Shown piece by piece: positions 1 through 48,808 of a DNA stretch of 64,000 bases (position 1 is its first letter; each line of letters opens with the position of its first letter). The translations under genes and the position numbers were made by a program. The DNA comes from Octopus vulgaris (lineage: Eukaryota). The stretch is from positions 24,614,001 to 24,678,000 of the forward strand of contig OX597826.1 in assembly GCA_951406725.2 (NCBI GenBank), read 5' to 3'. Under the pieces are notes generated by a model. That model worked only from the letters and a program-made list of their open reading frames with translations, was not told the DNA's origin and did not search any database.

Positions 1-1297
1 TGCTGAAACTGGAATTGAACTCACAAACTTAGATTTCAAGGAGGAGTCAAATACTCTAATCTACTATGCCATTGACATGTAACTCAACAGAAAACCCTGT
101 CAAACACCATGCTAGCATGGAAACGATGGACAATCAAAGTAGAAATAGAACATTATTCTATCCTTGCACAGCTAAACCTAACTTTCAACACACAACACCA
201 TCAGACACATGTAATATCAATTCAACAATAACAATTAATGATTGATTGATAAACAAATCAGAAACAAGGTTTTTTTTTTAATTGCATGTAGTTGCTAACC
301 CACCACAAGGTCTGGTCCACCTTGTAAAGTAGAGTTCATCTGTATGAGGCCAGGGACCACAGAGAATCCCACTGAAATTCAAAACATGAGCTTTACACTT
401 TAACAGCAAATGATGACTATGGTGTCCACGCTAACTGGTTGACTGTTGGATGTGGTGAACTTATTGGTTGGAGCTGCCTCAACCGACCCTGGGTGAATGC
501 CACCACCATTTTGTGGCACAGTGGCTTGTGTGCCTGAACGAATCTGAGAGCTATGCCAATAGAAGGCAAGCTTTTGGTAGGGCCTCCCATGCTGGACAGG
601 TCAAAGGATAGAGGACAAACTATTATAGGTCACCTCTTCACGGAAGTAAAAATGGGTTATAAATGCACTGAAGCTTGAAGTTGAGAACAGTCATCAATGG
701 CCTATGCCTCATAGAATGCAAAGGGATTAAATAATTTGTTAACAACAGTGTTGTGGAGACTATAGTGTATCAGGTCATCCCTAAACATAACTGTTATTAA
801 TAACTGACAAAAAATTACAAACTGCTTAATAGCTGTCAAACTTATGTCATCAATGGAGGTATTACCACAATCTGAGAAGAAATATTATATTTTATTATAT
901 CCTAAGTATGACATAGTTCTGCAAAGGAGAGCCAGTCTTGAAGTACAAGACAACATAACCTGGACTAACTTTGTCTACAGATTTAAAAGGAAACGAACAA
1001 GTCACAGATGTAAAAGAGAAACTCTAATCCCTTCCTTTATCGTTCATTTTAACTCCATAATAGGATCATTTCAGGACTGGGGTTTTGACTTTAAAAAATT
1101 ATCAACAGCTTATTAAGAGTTAAAGCGTAAGTGGAAACAAAAACTTGGGAATCAAACACTACATCATAGGTAAGTTGAAAGAAGGAAAAGGCAATAACTA
1201 AAACAACACAGGGAATATCTAACAGCTTTAATTTAATGGCTATTTGGTTTTAGAGATCTTGTAAGCTAGAAATACATAGAAAGTTGTTTATATTTAC

Positions 1298-37701
<36,404 letters not shown>

Positions 37702-39184
37702 GATTCCTGGAAGTTTAAGCCAAAATATACGAAGGATCCCGATCCTTTGTTAAGACAACGCAGACTTTTTTCTTTTACGTCTTCCTTTTTTTCGTGTTCT
37801 ACTAAGTCTTTTGTCCTTGCCTGTGTTCTCAATACCTTCTCTTTCGGCTTTATCTTTTCCCCGTTGTCTCTGATGCTTTTTTCCACCGCGGTTGGCGGGT
37901 AATTTTTGCTCTCTGTTGATGCCGACTTCTGCCGACGACGAGAAGTTGCTTGTATTGTTTGTTTATTGTTTTTTTACTTTAAAAATTATTTTTAATTATA
38001 ATCAAATATGTGAATGTTTATCAAGCAAATAAAAAGAAATTTGATAAGATAAATTTAAAATAATTATTAATTTGTAAGTATCCAAAAAAAAGCTAACGAC
38101 TCAACGAGACTTTATCTTTTAATTTCCGCACCACATCTTTAGTTTTTAAAATCGTCCCTAGGTGTCGCTCGATCAATAATAAATAAATAAATGAAAAGCA
38201 AGAACATTAACTGTTGACTAATAAAAGAAGAGTTGATGTTCTTGAATCAGACTGCAAATGATTCTCAGTTACTGGACTGCGCCCATGCTTGGGCACACCC
38301 TTGAAGGTTTTAATTGAATGAATCACCCCAAATACTTATTTCCTTGTTCCTAAGCCTGGTGGGGCTGAATCCGGAACCATATAGTTATCATAATGACTCA
38401 ATTGCGTTCCTAATGTCACAAGGTGGGTGCGGACCACCAAATGTATTACGTTTCATATATATCGCCTCTTTGATGATATATAAAATGCAAACCTAATCCG
38501 TTAAATAAATCTCATGTAACTTTAAAGGTTTTTTTTTGTTTTGTTTTTATAGATCTTTGGCTTCATACGTCGGTGGGGCACTGGCCAACAAATTCTAACT
38601 TTTTTTCTGCTGACCTAAGTTTGAGATCTCTTTTGGGGTAATTTTGGGTCACTGAGTTTTAAAATGGCAATAGTTTTTTTCTATCACGTCTAGTTTATTT
38701 TTTCTATGGGCTGGCCCATATTAGCCCCACCCGTAGCTCCATGTTTGAAATGTTTGAATTCTCCTGACGCTTTTTGTTATATATGTGGGTGTTTTACAGT
38801 ACCAAGTCAAAGAGTGAACGCTTGTGACATTGTGAAAAGATCCTACTTGGCTTACTTAAAGATTAAAGTTGGTGGTCAAGATTAATCGTGGGCCCACACA
38901 ATGTATGTAAACCCTGTGTTGAAAATCTACGCCAATGGACAAAGGGTACAAGGAAACAACTAACATTTGGCATTCCTATGATATGATGGGAGCCAAACAA
39001 CCATGTAAACGATTGCTACTTTTGTCTCACAAAGACTTCTTGTTATAGCAAGAGATCATGACAGAAAATAAGTTACCCAAATCTGGATACAGCATTTCAT
39101 CCAGTGTTTCACTCAGATGAAATACCAGTACCTATTTTCAAGGATCTACCTTCACTGCAAGGTGAAAGTGATATATGTGATCTA

Positions 39185-39482
39185 GATATCACTGTGGTCA
39201 CCGTGACTGACCAGGCTATCAGATGTTGCTACACATCGCTGGTCACAATGCGCTTCACATTGTTTTAGCCTTCAAATGGCTAAGCAAGCAGGCCAACAGA
39301 AGAAAGAGTGAGAGAAAGTAGTGGCAAAAGACTACAGCAGGGATTGCCACCAACCCCTGCCGGAGCCTTGTGGAGCTTTAGGTGTTTTCACTCATAAACA
39401 CTCACAACGCCCAGTCTGGGAATCGAAACCGCGATCCTACGACCGCAAGTCTGCTGCCCTAACCACTGGGCCATTGCGCCAC
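39185..39482 (-). mobile_element. tRNA-derived SINE nested in the Chapaev-like element
   Basis: Head GGCGCAATGGCCCAGTGGTTAGGGC...GGTTTCGATTCCC (Pol III A and B boxes); a related copy lies at 52345-52645. Confidence 0.75.
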
Positions 39483-39613
39483 TACGTGACATAGATATAA
39501 ATCACGAATATGACAGTGATACAGACTTTGTAGAAACATCAACGAAAGAACGTGAAAACTTCAACCAGGCAGAACTTAATTTAGTTAGAGACCAAAGAGA
39601 AGAGTCTAAAATG

Positions 39614-40023
39614 TATCCTCTGTGTGAAAAGTCTGGCTGCATACATGTTAGCATATGTCAGGTGCATACAATTGACAACACAGTTAATTAAGATTTATTC
39701 AGTGAGTTCTATTCAACACATGTTTACATGTGGAATTAGCAGAATCATTATTAACTTTAGATGAAGGCATTTTCAAAGTTTTGGCTGATAAAGTTGAACT
39801 GAAAAACCCTACAACGAGGCATGAATTGCATGAAGCCGTCTTGCAGTCTTAGGAAGAGCTATCTGAGCGGAAAATTCATGGATGTATTCAACATTAAACT
39901 CATGTTCGGCGTCAAATAGTTGACTGACGTGGTGGTAACAGATTCGTGTAATAAATTTTGTGTTTATTTTTGTTTCATAATATATATTTTTTCGGATGCA
40001 GCCAAACTTTTCGCTCTGGGGAC
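39614..40023 (+). mobile_element. Tc1/mariner-like internally deleted element nested in the Chapaev-like element
   Basis: Inverted termini GAAAAGT(C/T)TGGCTGCAT; interrupts the host transposase. Confidence 0.55.
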
Positions 40024-41549
40024 TTAATTATGATCACATAAAAGTTGTATTAGATTTACTTATGTATAATGAACACAAATAGGTCATATGTGTGGGTCTA
40101 AAAATGGTCAACTTTTTATTTGGCTAACAAGGAGGGTACACAAAATATCCATGTTTCCTGTGTTTATGGGATAGTCAAGCAAGAGACAAAACATTGGGAA
40201 CAGAAATTATGGCCAGTTAGAAAAAGTTAGACTGTTAGGGAGAAGAATATTATACCCCAACCACTTGTTGAGTGAGAGAAAATCATCTTTCCACCTCTTC
40301 ATATTAAGCTAAGACTAATGAAGTAATTTGTCAAAGCTCTTAATGTGGAAGGTAACTGTTTCAAATTCAACTGTACATTTCCTGACCTAAGTTATGATAA
40401 AATAACGGCTGGTGTTTTTGATGGGCCACAAATCAGAAAGTTAGCGAAATACCAGACTTTCTCGAGTTTGATGGCTGATATAGAAAAAATAACATGAGAT
40501 TCATATGTGACTGTTATGAAAAGATTTTCGTGGATGTGAAAAAGCTGCAAACTACAAGGATTTAGTGGAGACATTACTTGATAGCTTTCATCTTTTAGGC
40601 TGCAACATGAGCATAAAGCTCCATTTCCTCAATAGCTATTTCAATGAATTTCTTGCTAATCTTGGAGACGTGAGCGATGAGCATAGTGAGCATTTTCATC
40701 AAAGAATCAAGATTATGGAACACACACATGACAACAGACTACTGCTGGAGTATTCAAAGAGATTGTGTAGACATGAAATACTCCACATGCTCTCGCAAGC
40801 GGAAATTTGTTCCATGAATATGAAGGTATATGTATGATGGTTTGTGCTTTATCCATCATATTAGAAAATTAACAGAATGTATTTTGTAAAAGGTGATGCT
40901 ATCTTCCATTTCACATTCTATTCACATTTATAACTTATGGTTTTAAGCTATAAGACTTAGTAAACTATCCTGACCATGTAAATTATTCATACAGTACATC
41001 ATAAAATAGAGGTATGCTTTAGAATGAAAGCTTGATGTGTTAGGAAAAACTGGATGCCATATTTGAAATCAGCATCTCAAAAAACTAAAAACAATCACAA
41101 AACTGAGGTCAGCAAAAAAGTATGTTGACCAGTGTACTGAAACTAAAAATGAAGGAAAAATACAAATGTGTAAATGCTTAAAAGTCACTTATTAAAGTCA
41201 CAAAATGGAAATATACTAATTTTATATTACCTTTGGTTAAATATTTTCAGATATATTGCTTTAAATTCTTGGGAATATTTCCAGTTTTATTATTTTTATT
41301 ATTATTGGCAGAATAGTTAGCACGCTGGGCAAAATGCTTAGGAGTATTTTGTCTGTCTTTACGATCTGAGTTCAAATTATGCCGAGGTCAACTTAGCCTT
41401 TTATCCTTTCAGGGTCGATAAATTAAGTACCAGTGAAACACTCGAGTTGATGTAATCGACTAGTCCCTTCCCCCAAATTTCAGACCTTGTGCCTTTAGTA
41501 GAAAGGATTATTATTATTATTATTATTTCTTTATCACAGGTTTTGTTGG

Positions 41550-41950
41550 AGCTGCTAACACTCAGCAAGTGAGATCTATGAAGGTGTATTGTACCCTCAT
41601 CTGTGACAGGGCTACAACTACATGTACTGACATTATGGATTGTATCCAGAGAAGGGTCACTCAGCTGAATGGATCCCATGACTATCAGAAACACTTCAGC
41701 TTCTGGTCCACCAGCAGGCCATCTCCTCTCAGTCTTTTCTATCGCTACTATGATGGTCTTTGTTCCTTAGAACTGGTTGGGCTGATCTTGTACCTCTACC
41801 CTACTCCATTTGATCTCTACATTTCTCATTACCCTTCTTGCATCTACCTTCCCTCCTACTTCCCCTCTACTAAGCACTATATCCAATCCTTCATCCCAGG
41901 GCATTGTCCCTTTGGAATCTCCTCCCTGTTCATATCTTTTCTGCAAGCCA
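41550..41950 (+). mobile_element. CR1/L2/Jockey-group LINE 3' fragment
   Basis: DCIQRRVTQL...LSLFYRYYDGLCSLEL resembles the C-terminus of a non-LTR ORF2. Confidence 0.6.
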
Positions 41951-42878
41951 GTGCTAGATTAACCATTAAGCAAAACAATCCCATGTTTAAAGCGTTAAGG
42001 GTAGTGAAGGAGAGCATCACAGAAATGGTAAATAGCACAAAAGAAATCACTTTAAACTTGATAAAAGAATATTCAAAGTGGTTTATATGATCAGAAATAT
42101 AATTTTGAAGTGTTCATGGTGTCATACTGAAGATCTGATCAAAAAGTTTGCAATTACAAAAAGCAGGAGAAAACTTTTCAAATGCAAATAAAATAGATGT
42201 CTACTAAAACAAGAGCACTCAGAGAGCGCAAACATCTGCCAAGGCCTCTCAACGATTAGCCAGAGATTATTTTTAAAATGAGAATATCTGAAATAAACTT
42301 GACTGCTCTCACTAACGAGAATACTAAAAACAAACTCACTCTTGAAAGGCTTGTAAGGGTCCTAGGCTTTGCCCCTTCCTCTTGACTCAACAAGAGCAAA
42401 AAAAAAAATAAAATAAGAGAAAGAGATCAAGTGATTAACCAGAGGCTCTTCTGGCTGTCTCAGTTGTTGTTGTTCAGGCCTAGGTCAAGCTTGATTGAAT
42501 AAACCTATGATCAAATGCCTTCCAGCCATAACACCAATTTTTTTAGAGGTATATACGACTACATTTTCTAATGTTTCTTTTCCATATTGAAAATAATAGG
42601 GTATGGTTAAAATGAAATTTGATGCCTATTTCTAACAGCTAGGGCTCCTTCGTAGACTTTAGCAACAGAAATAGGCTTTAGGGTCTTGTGGTATGAATTG
42701 GAAGGATACTGTGTCTTTTTCCCTTCAGCAGGAAAGTTGGGGAATCGCCGTCCCTCTTTCCTACCCCTTCCTCCAGCCTATTTTCCCCTTTCATTGGTTC
42801 ATCTTTTTAAAGGTAAATAGACTTCATTGAGAATAAAATGTCCAAGTGAGATTTTTTTTGTTAAAAATTATGGGCAAT

Positions 42879-43044
42879 AGGCGTAAGAGTCACTGTGAGG
42901 TAAGTAGCTTGCTTACCAACCACATGGCTCCGGGTTCAGTCCCACTGCGTGGCACCTTGGGCAAGTGTCTTCTACTATAGCCTTGGGTCGACCAAAGCCT
43001 TGTGAGTGGATTTGGTAGACGGAAACTGAAAGAAACCCGTCGTA

Positions 43045-43100
<56 letters not shown>

Positions 43101-43325
43101 CGTGCGTGTGTGTGTGTATGTTTGTGTGTCTGTATTCGTCCCCCCAACATCGCTTGACAACCGATGCTGGTGTGTTTACGTCCCCGTAGCTTAGCGGTTC
43201 GGCAAAAGAGACCGATAGAATAAGTACTAGGTTTACAAAGAATAAGTCCTGGGGTCAATTTGCTCGACCAAAGGCGGTGCTCCAGCATGGCCACAGTCAA
43301 ATGACTGAAACAAGTAAAAGAGTGA
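42879..43325 (+). mobile_element. Abundant tRNA-derived SINE with internal (TA)n(TG)n; representative full-length copy
   Basis: tggtaag...ggttcagtccc head and gactgaaacaagtaaaagag tail. Further copies at about 7800-8160(-), 11190-11575(+), 16330-16680(-), 54025-54400(+) and 55605-55975(+). Confidence 0.85.
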
Positions 43326-43554
43326 AAGAATAATAAATTGCTTATACTTCAGCAATACACAAAATATTTTAATTATAAAAATATAAAAGATTTTTTCAAC
43401 ATCGATTGGCTCGATCGGTCTATCCAAGTAAAAATAGGTATCAAAGGGTCTCATAGGTAAAAAAAAAGTTGAAAAACACTGGTTTAGATTCGAATAGAAT
43501 ATTGAAATGTATAGTTTCTTTCTAAAGTTTAGAAACTATGCATTTCAATATTCA

Positions 43555-43685
43555 AGTATTCCCGTATTCTGTCTTACCTCGAATCATTCCTCGTATTCTG
43601 TCTTATTTCCGTATTCTGTTTTACCACAAACCATTCCTCGTATTCTATCTTATTCCTGTATTCCAGTATTCTATCTTACCGCAAA
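43555..43685. repeat. Short degenerate minisatellite (cgtattctgtcttа-type units)
   Basis: About 6 repeats of gtattct(g/a)tctta just upstream of the inferred PRIM2-like promoter. Confidence 0.7.
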
Positions 43686-43712
43686 TTATCCCCCTTGTTT
43701 GTAAGTAACAAT

Positions 43713-43728
43713 GCCGCGAATTTGAATT
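43713..43728 (+). promoter_or_regulatory. Candidate E2F/CDE plus CHR cell-cycle promoter element (GCCGCGAATTTGAATT)
   Basis: GC-rich CGCG core directly followed by the CHR consensus TTTGAA, at the inferred start of a replication-type gene. Confidence 0.35.
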
Positions 43729-43739
43729 CCACAATGTTG

Positions 43740-43904
43740 GCTAAATGTTTATTTATCACACCAACAACAACAATAGACAGTTATTTAAGTCTGATGGGTG
43801 ATATGATGGAAGATCTGGACTCAGACCGCTCTTTAGCACGAAGATGACTATAAAGTTTCTATTTTGGTCGTTAAGAAGAGAGCTGAAAACTTCAAAACTC
43901 CAAG
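43740..43904 (+). other. Probable non-coding first exon of the PRIM2-like gene (start approximate)
   Basis: The ATG-bearing exon begins with a splice acceptor, so an upstream exon is expected. This unique sequence has a good AAG|GTACGT donor after 43904 and a promoter-like motif just upstream. Confidence 0.45.
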
Positions 43905-44775
43905 GTACGTACGAACACATTTTCTATGATGTTTTGAAATAGATCATGTAATACTTGTGTACTTGGAATATCTAAATATTGTGTAACAATTGTTTTTCAA
44001 CAGAAGATTATATCATACAGAAACTTAGAGATATTATCTTTCTCAACAGCAATAGTTATGCGAGAGGATCTTCATAGTCACCTGGTGATTTGAAATAACG
44101 GAAAAAGATGTAATTTAAACTTTTTACCTGTACTGTGTATCACAGAACATATTTCCTTGATGTACATATATCATAAATGATACACATTCTCAAGTTTTTT
44201 TCTGCCACTAACGTAACTTGGGACTTATGAAAGAAGGGCTAACTATTTATTTATTCCTTTTAAAATTTTAAACGAACTTCAATTATATTTACAAGTTGTC
44301 ATTAAAAAAAATGAACATACACATTTATTTACCGGGATACTTTCATCAAATTCTTCCAAATTTTTCTGTTAAAAGTATATTGAAACCATTTGTGGGGAAT
44401 CTTTATTTTTATCACAGCAACTGGTCGCACACCACAAGGTTTAACGGAACCTACTGAAGCAAGCCAGCACGCTCGCCGCATTACTTCGGCGAGCTGCCAA
44501 CGTTGACAAGAACTTCGCGGTTAGTGACCCAGTCCCTCCGAACGTCTCCAACTTCACAGGTTGGAAGAGATAATTCCCTGTTAGGTCCTGATACTTCAGA
44601 GTTTTCTACGGAAGCAGTGACCCTTTCATTAACTGCCACATCCACTATGTAGGAGGGAGCAAAGGAGTTGCAAACTGGCGTCCCAATGATTATGTCAGAA
44701 TTTGATGTTGGAAAAAACAATTTGTTTTTAGTAAATCATATCCTCATTAAAACATTTCAGGAAACATAATCGAAG

Positions 44776-45014
44776 TACACTAACTTCTCGCCATATCGCG
44801 GTTCACCTATCGCGCACTCAATACATTGTGGTTCACCTGTCACCTACTCAGTACGTCGCGGATTTTTCTGGCTGATATATGTAAATATATATCACGGACT
44901 CCTCTGTACATTACGGGTTTCTGCGGCTGATAGGTATTTATATTTTTTTAGATTTTAATTATTTCTGTGGGAAGTTTTGGAACGTAACACCCGCAATAGT
45001 CGAAGGATTACTGC
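44776..45014. mobile_element. Tigger/pogo-like MITE
   Basis: CAGTAATCC-type terminus and internal repeats of tatcgcggttcacc. Confidence 0.55.
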
Positions 45015-45589
45015 ATAGGAATTATCCACCCCTCCCCATTTTTTTTCACATCTACACAATCTGAAAATTTCATTACAGAATATGTATTAGGGGTACATAC
45101 ATCTATAATCATGGCCCTAAGTAAATTTCCTTTAACTCACTATCTTTTACATCCTGAGTTCCAATCCTGCGAGGTCTTATTATTCTTTTATTCTTCTGGG
45201 GTCCATAAAATTAGTGCCAGTCTGGTAGCATTCCTATATTCTATAGGAATAGCACTCTAGAAACCATAATTTCTTTGGATGTGTATGTTCCAAGCATTTT
45301 AGATTACTAAAAGAAAAAGATCCTGCTAAGAGAAAAAAAAAAGTATCCCTATCTTTTTCTTTTTATTTGGATTTTTCAGTTTTCGCTTTCTTTTTTTTTT
45401 TTGAAAATTTTGTTTTCAGTTATCTTAGATGTTTCAACTATAAATCTGAAAAAAAATTATTGCAAAATGTCAAAACTGAAAAGTCACGAAAGTGGTGGGA
45501 AAGTATAAAATTCCAACCATCATCAAAAAGAAAAAAAAGGGAATTTTCTGCCGAATCAGAAGCTATGGTGCTTGAAACATATCTATCTA

Positions 45590-45800
45590 TCCGCTCAGTT
45601 GAAGTAGACTCTCGGTCACTCGTTGGATCAGTGTCCTCCAGACAGTTCCACCCTGGGCCGCCTCTTTCAGATTGGCTATGTCCACTCCGGTATCACTCTT
45701 GATGGTGTCAAGCCAGTGGGTTCCTGGTCGGCCTCCCCCTCTCCCGCCACTGACTACTCCGAGCATGATGTCCCTCCCCAGGGACCCTCTCCGCACAATA
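45590..45800 (-). mobile_element. RTE/BovB-like LINE 3' end fragment
   Basis: HIVRR...MLGVVSGGRGGGRPGTHWLDTIK...WRTLIQRVTES. Confidence 0.75.
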
Positions 45801-45892
45801 TGAAACATATACATTCAAAGAAATTAAAGTTTTTGAAATATTTCTGACTCTATTATTTAGGAATGCCTCTGTTAACTTGATTATACTCTCTA

Positions 45893-46281
45893 CTCTTTTT
45901 ACTATTTTACTTGTTTCAGTCATTTGACTGTGGCCATGCTGGAGCACCGCCTTTAGTCGAGCAAATCGACCCCAGGACTTATTCTTTGTAAGCCTAGTGG
46001 TCTCTTTTGCTGAACTGCTAAGTTACAGGGACGTAAACACACCAGCATCGGTTGTCAAGCGATGTTGGGGAGACAAACAAACATATACACACACATATAT
46101 ATATATATACATATATACGACAGGCTTCTTTCAGTTTCCGTCTACCAAATCCACTCACAAGGCTTTGGTCCGCCCAAAGCTATAGTCAAAGACACTTTCC
46201 CACGGTGCCACACAGTGGGAATGAACCCGGAACCATGTGGTTGGTAAGCAAGCTACTTACCACACAGCTACTCCTATGCCT
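45893..46281 (-). mobile_element. Same SINE family, reverse orientation
   Basis: Reverse complement of the 42879-43325 copy. Confidence 0.85.
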
Positions 46282-46809
46282 ATGTATATATAATAATGAA
46301 ATTATTGTATACAGTGCTCTGGCTCACTGTGACTCATCTGAAAAAGTAGCCACAAATACATGAGCAGTACACAGAATAATGCACAAGAAGTGAATAGTGA
46401 ATGAGTTGTTAAAATAAAGTGTGTGTGTGTGGGGGGAATCCGGTGTACTGTTGGGGAATTTGAATTTCAAGAAGCATGGAAGTTTTGAACGATGATCCTC
46501 TCTCAATATATGGTTTTGTGCCAAACTTAGGAATAATTATAGGCAAGTATGTAACGAGCTGGCAGAATTACTAGCAGGCTAGATAAAATGTTTAGTAGTA
46601 TTTCTTTGGGCTCTTTTTTGTTCTGAGTTCAAATCTTACCGTGGTCAGTTTTGGTTTTCATTTTTGTGGGAGTTAGGTACTGGGTTCAATGTACTTGACT
46701 TGTCTGCTTCCTTTGAAATTGCTGGTCATGAACCCTACAATGGACAGCATCCCTTTCGGTGGGTAGAGTGTATGCCATGAAATTTGGGTAAGCAACCTTA
46801 TGATTCTTA

Positions 46810-46915
46810 GTGCGTGGCACCTTGGGCAAGTGTCTTCTACTATAGCCACGGGCTGACCAAAGCCTTATGAGTGGATTTGGTACACGGAAACTGAAAGAAG
46901 CCCATTGTATATATA

Positions 46916-46966
<51 letters not shown>

Positions 46967-47175
46967 ATGTTTGTGTGTCTGTGTGTTTGTCCCTCCAACA
47001 TTGCTTGACAACCGATGCTGGTGTGTTTATGTCCCTGTAACTTAGCGGTTTGGCAAAAGAGACCAATACAATAAGTACTAGGCTTACAAAGAATAAGTCC
47101 TGGGGTCGATTTGCTCGACTAAAGGCAGTGCTCCAGCAAGGCCACAGTCAAATGACTGAAACAAGTAAAAGAGTA
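46810..47175 (+). mobile_element. Same SINE family, 5'-truncated
   Basis: High similarity to the 42879-43325 copy. Confidence 0.85.
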
Positions 47176-47257
47176 AGATAAAGTATAACATCATCATCAT
47201 TGGAACTGTCAAAGTGTGGATTTAGTAGATAGAAACTGAAAGAAGGTCAAAGTATTT

Positions 47258-47293
<36 letters not shown>

Positions 47294-47489
47294 GTGTGTG
47301 TGTGTTTGTCCCCTACCACCACTTGACAACTGGTGTTGGTGGGTTTAGGTCAACTAGAATAAATACCAGGTTTTAAAAAAATAACAAGTACTGGAATCAG
47401 TTCATTTGACTAAAATTCTTCAAGGCCTTACCCCAGCATGGCCTAGTCTAATTACTGAAACAAGTAAAAAAAAAAGAAATTTAATTCAT

Positions 47490-47823
47490 AGGCGTAGGAG
47501 TGGCTGTGTGGTAAGTAGCTTCTACTATAGCCTTGGGCCGACCAAAGCCTTGTGAGTGGATTTGGTAGATGGAATCTGAAAGAAGCCCGTCGTATATATG
47601 TATATATATATATGTATGTGTTTGTGTGTCTGTGTTTGTCCTCCCAACATCGCTTGACAACCGATGCTGGTGTGTTTATGTCCCCGTTACTTAGCGGTTC
47701 AGCAAAAGAGACCAATAGAATAAGTACTGGGCTTACAAAAGAATAAGACCCGGGGTCGAGTTGCTTGATTAAAGGCGGTGCTCCAGCATGGCCGCAGTCA
47801 AATGACTGAAACAAGTAAAAGAG
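47490..47823 (+). mobile_element. Same SINE family, internally deleted
   Basis: Head ggcgtaggagtggctgtgtggtaag joined to the body. Confidence 0.8.
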
Positions 47824-47911
47824 AATGTTTGTAAATGAAAATCTTTTTGCAAATTTATGGTCTTGTATCAGTTTTCAGGATCATTCGACTAGAGACTGAG
47901 ACCTATGGAAG

Positions 47912-48478
47912 TATGCTGTGCGTGAGAAGACCCGGCAGGACAAGTGAGACTATAACCCATGGCCTCTACCTGGGATGTAGCCAGTCGACTCATGCATACC
48001 TTTCCTTCTTGGGACACAAAACTCCACTTGTGAAGGCCTGTTGAGGCAAGTGGAAATCAGAACCTAAATCGAAGTCGATCAACATCAATTGAAATTGCAG
48101 CTGTGATACCAGTGCCGGTGGCACGTAAGCGAACCGTCCGATTGTGGCCGTTGCCAGTGCCGCCCCGACTGGCCTCCATGCCGGTGGCACGTAAAAAGCA
48201 CTATCCGATCATGGCCGTTGCCAGCCTCGCCTGGCCCCCGTGCCAGTGGCACGTAAAAAGCACCATCCGACCGTGGCCGTTTGCCAGCCCCGTCTGGCAC
48301 GTAAAAGGCACCCACTACACTCACGGAGTGGTTGGCATTAGGAAGGGCATCCAGCCATAGAAACATTGCCAGATCAGACTGGGCCTGGTGCAGCCTTCTG
48401 TCTTCCCAGACCCCAGCTGAACCATCCAACCCATGCTAGCATGGAAAGCGGACACTAAATGATGATGAGGCTGATGAT
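47912..48478 (+). mobile_element. RTE-associated 3' UTR repeat with internal ccggtggcacgtaaaaagcacc units and (GAT)n tail; representative copy
   Basis: Begins with the same sequence that follows the RTE ORF at about 63260 and 63840. Other copies at about 14850-15030(-), 52115-52330(-) and 53420-53860(+). Confidence 0.75.
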
Positions 48479-48593
48479 GATTCATACAGTGTTATATCTC
48501 ATATCAATCATGTGATATCTTACCTATCACTGCATAATATCTCATTTGCAACGTGTAAAATGTGACACTATGGTATATTATTCTTACTTACAG

Positions 48594-48808
48594 ATGTCAT
48601 TTTATATAAAACCTCCTTCTGGAAATATTTCCCTGGAAAAATTGGAGAAATTTGCTTTCAAACGCCTAGACTTTCTCATTCGAGTGCTTGGTGCTGGTGA
48701 TGACTTTATGGCTTTGACTGATCTGGTCAAAGACTTGAGCCTAGTAGCTGACTCTGATTGCTTCATTGAAGGGACTAAGAAGGATCAAGTATCACATTTT
48801 ATTCTTAG
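48594..48808 (+). CDS. PRIM2: PRIM2-like coding exon 1 ([18 protein letters not shown]...[10 protein letters not shown])
   Basis: ttacag|ATG acceptor, AG|GTAAGA donor in phase 2. Confidence 0.9.

Larger units (their letters stand above)
38579..41134 (+). mobile_element. Fossil CMC/Chapaev(3)-like DNA transposon with nested insertions
   Basis: Imperfect TIRs CACTGG(C/T)CAACA...TGCTGACCT. The broken transposase retains CLNSPDAFCYICG, GIPMI..EPNNHVNDCYFC, PPLHIKL, GVFDGPQIRKL and LGCNMSIKLHFL...LGDVSDEHSEHFHQ, with multiple stops and frameshifts. The superfamily call is from memory of these motifs. Confidence 0.75.

Noticed and set aside
844-1116. Many short 60-170 aa ORFs in introns and intergenic DNA (this one as an example)
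   Set aside because: No recognisable domains; most overlap SINEs, microsatellites or the antisense strand of real exons.
39410-39482. tRNA gene
   Set aside because: The tRNA-like sequence continues into a SINE body that recurs at 52345, so it is a SINE head rather than a standalone tRNA.
48105-48320. Regularly spaced gtggcacgtaaaa repeats resembling a CRISPR array
   Set aside because: The context is eukaryotic, the spacers resemble each other, and the unit is part of the RTE-associated 3' UTR repeat also seen at 53420-53860.
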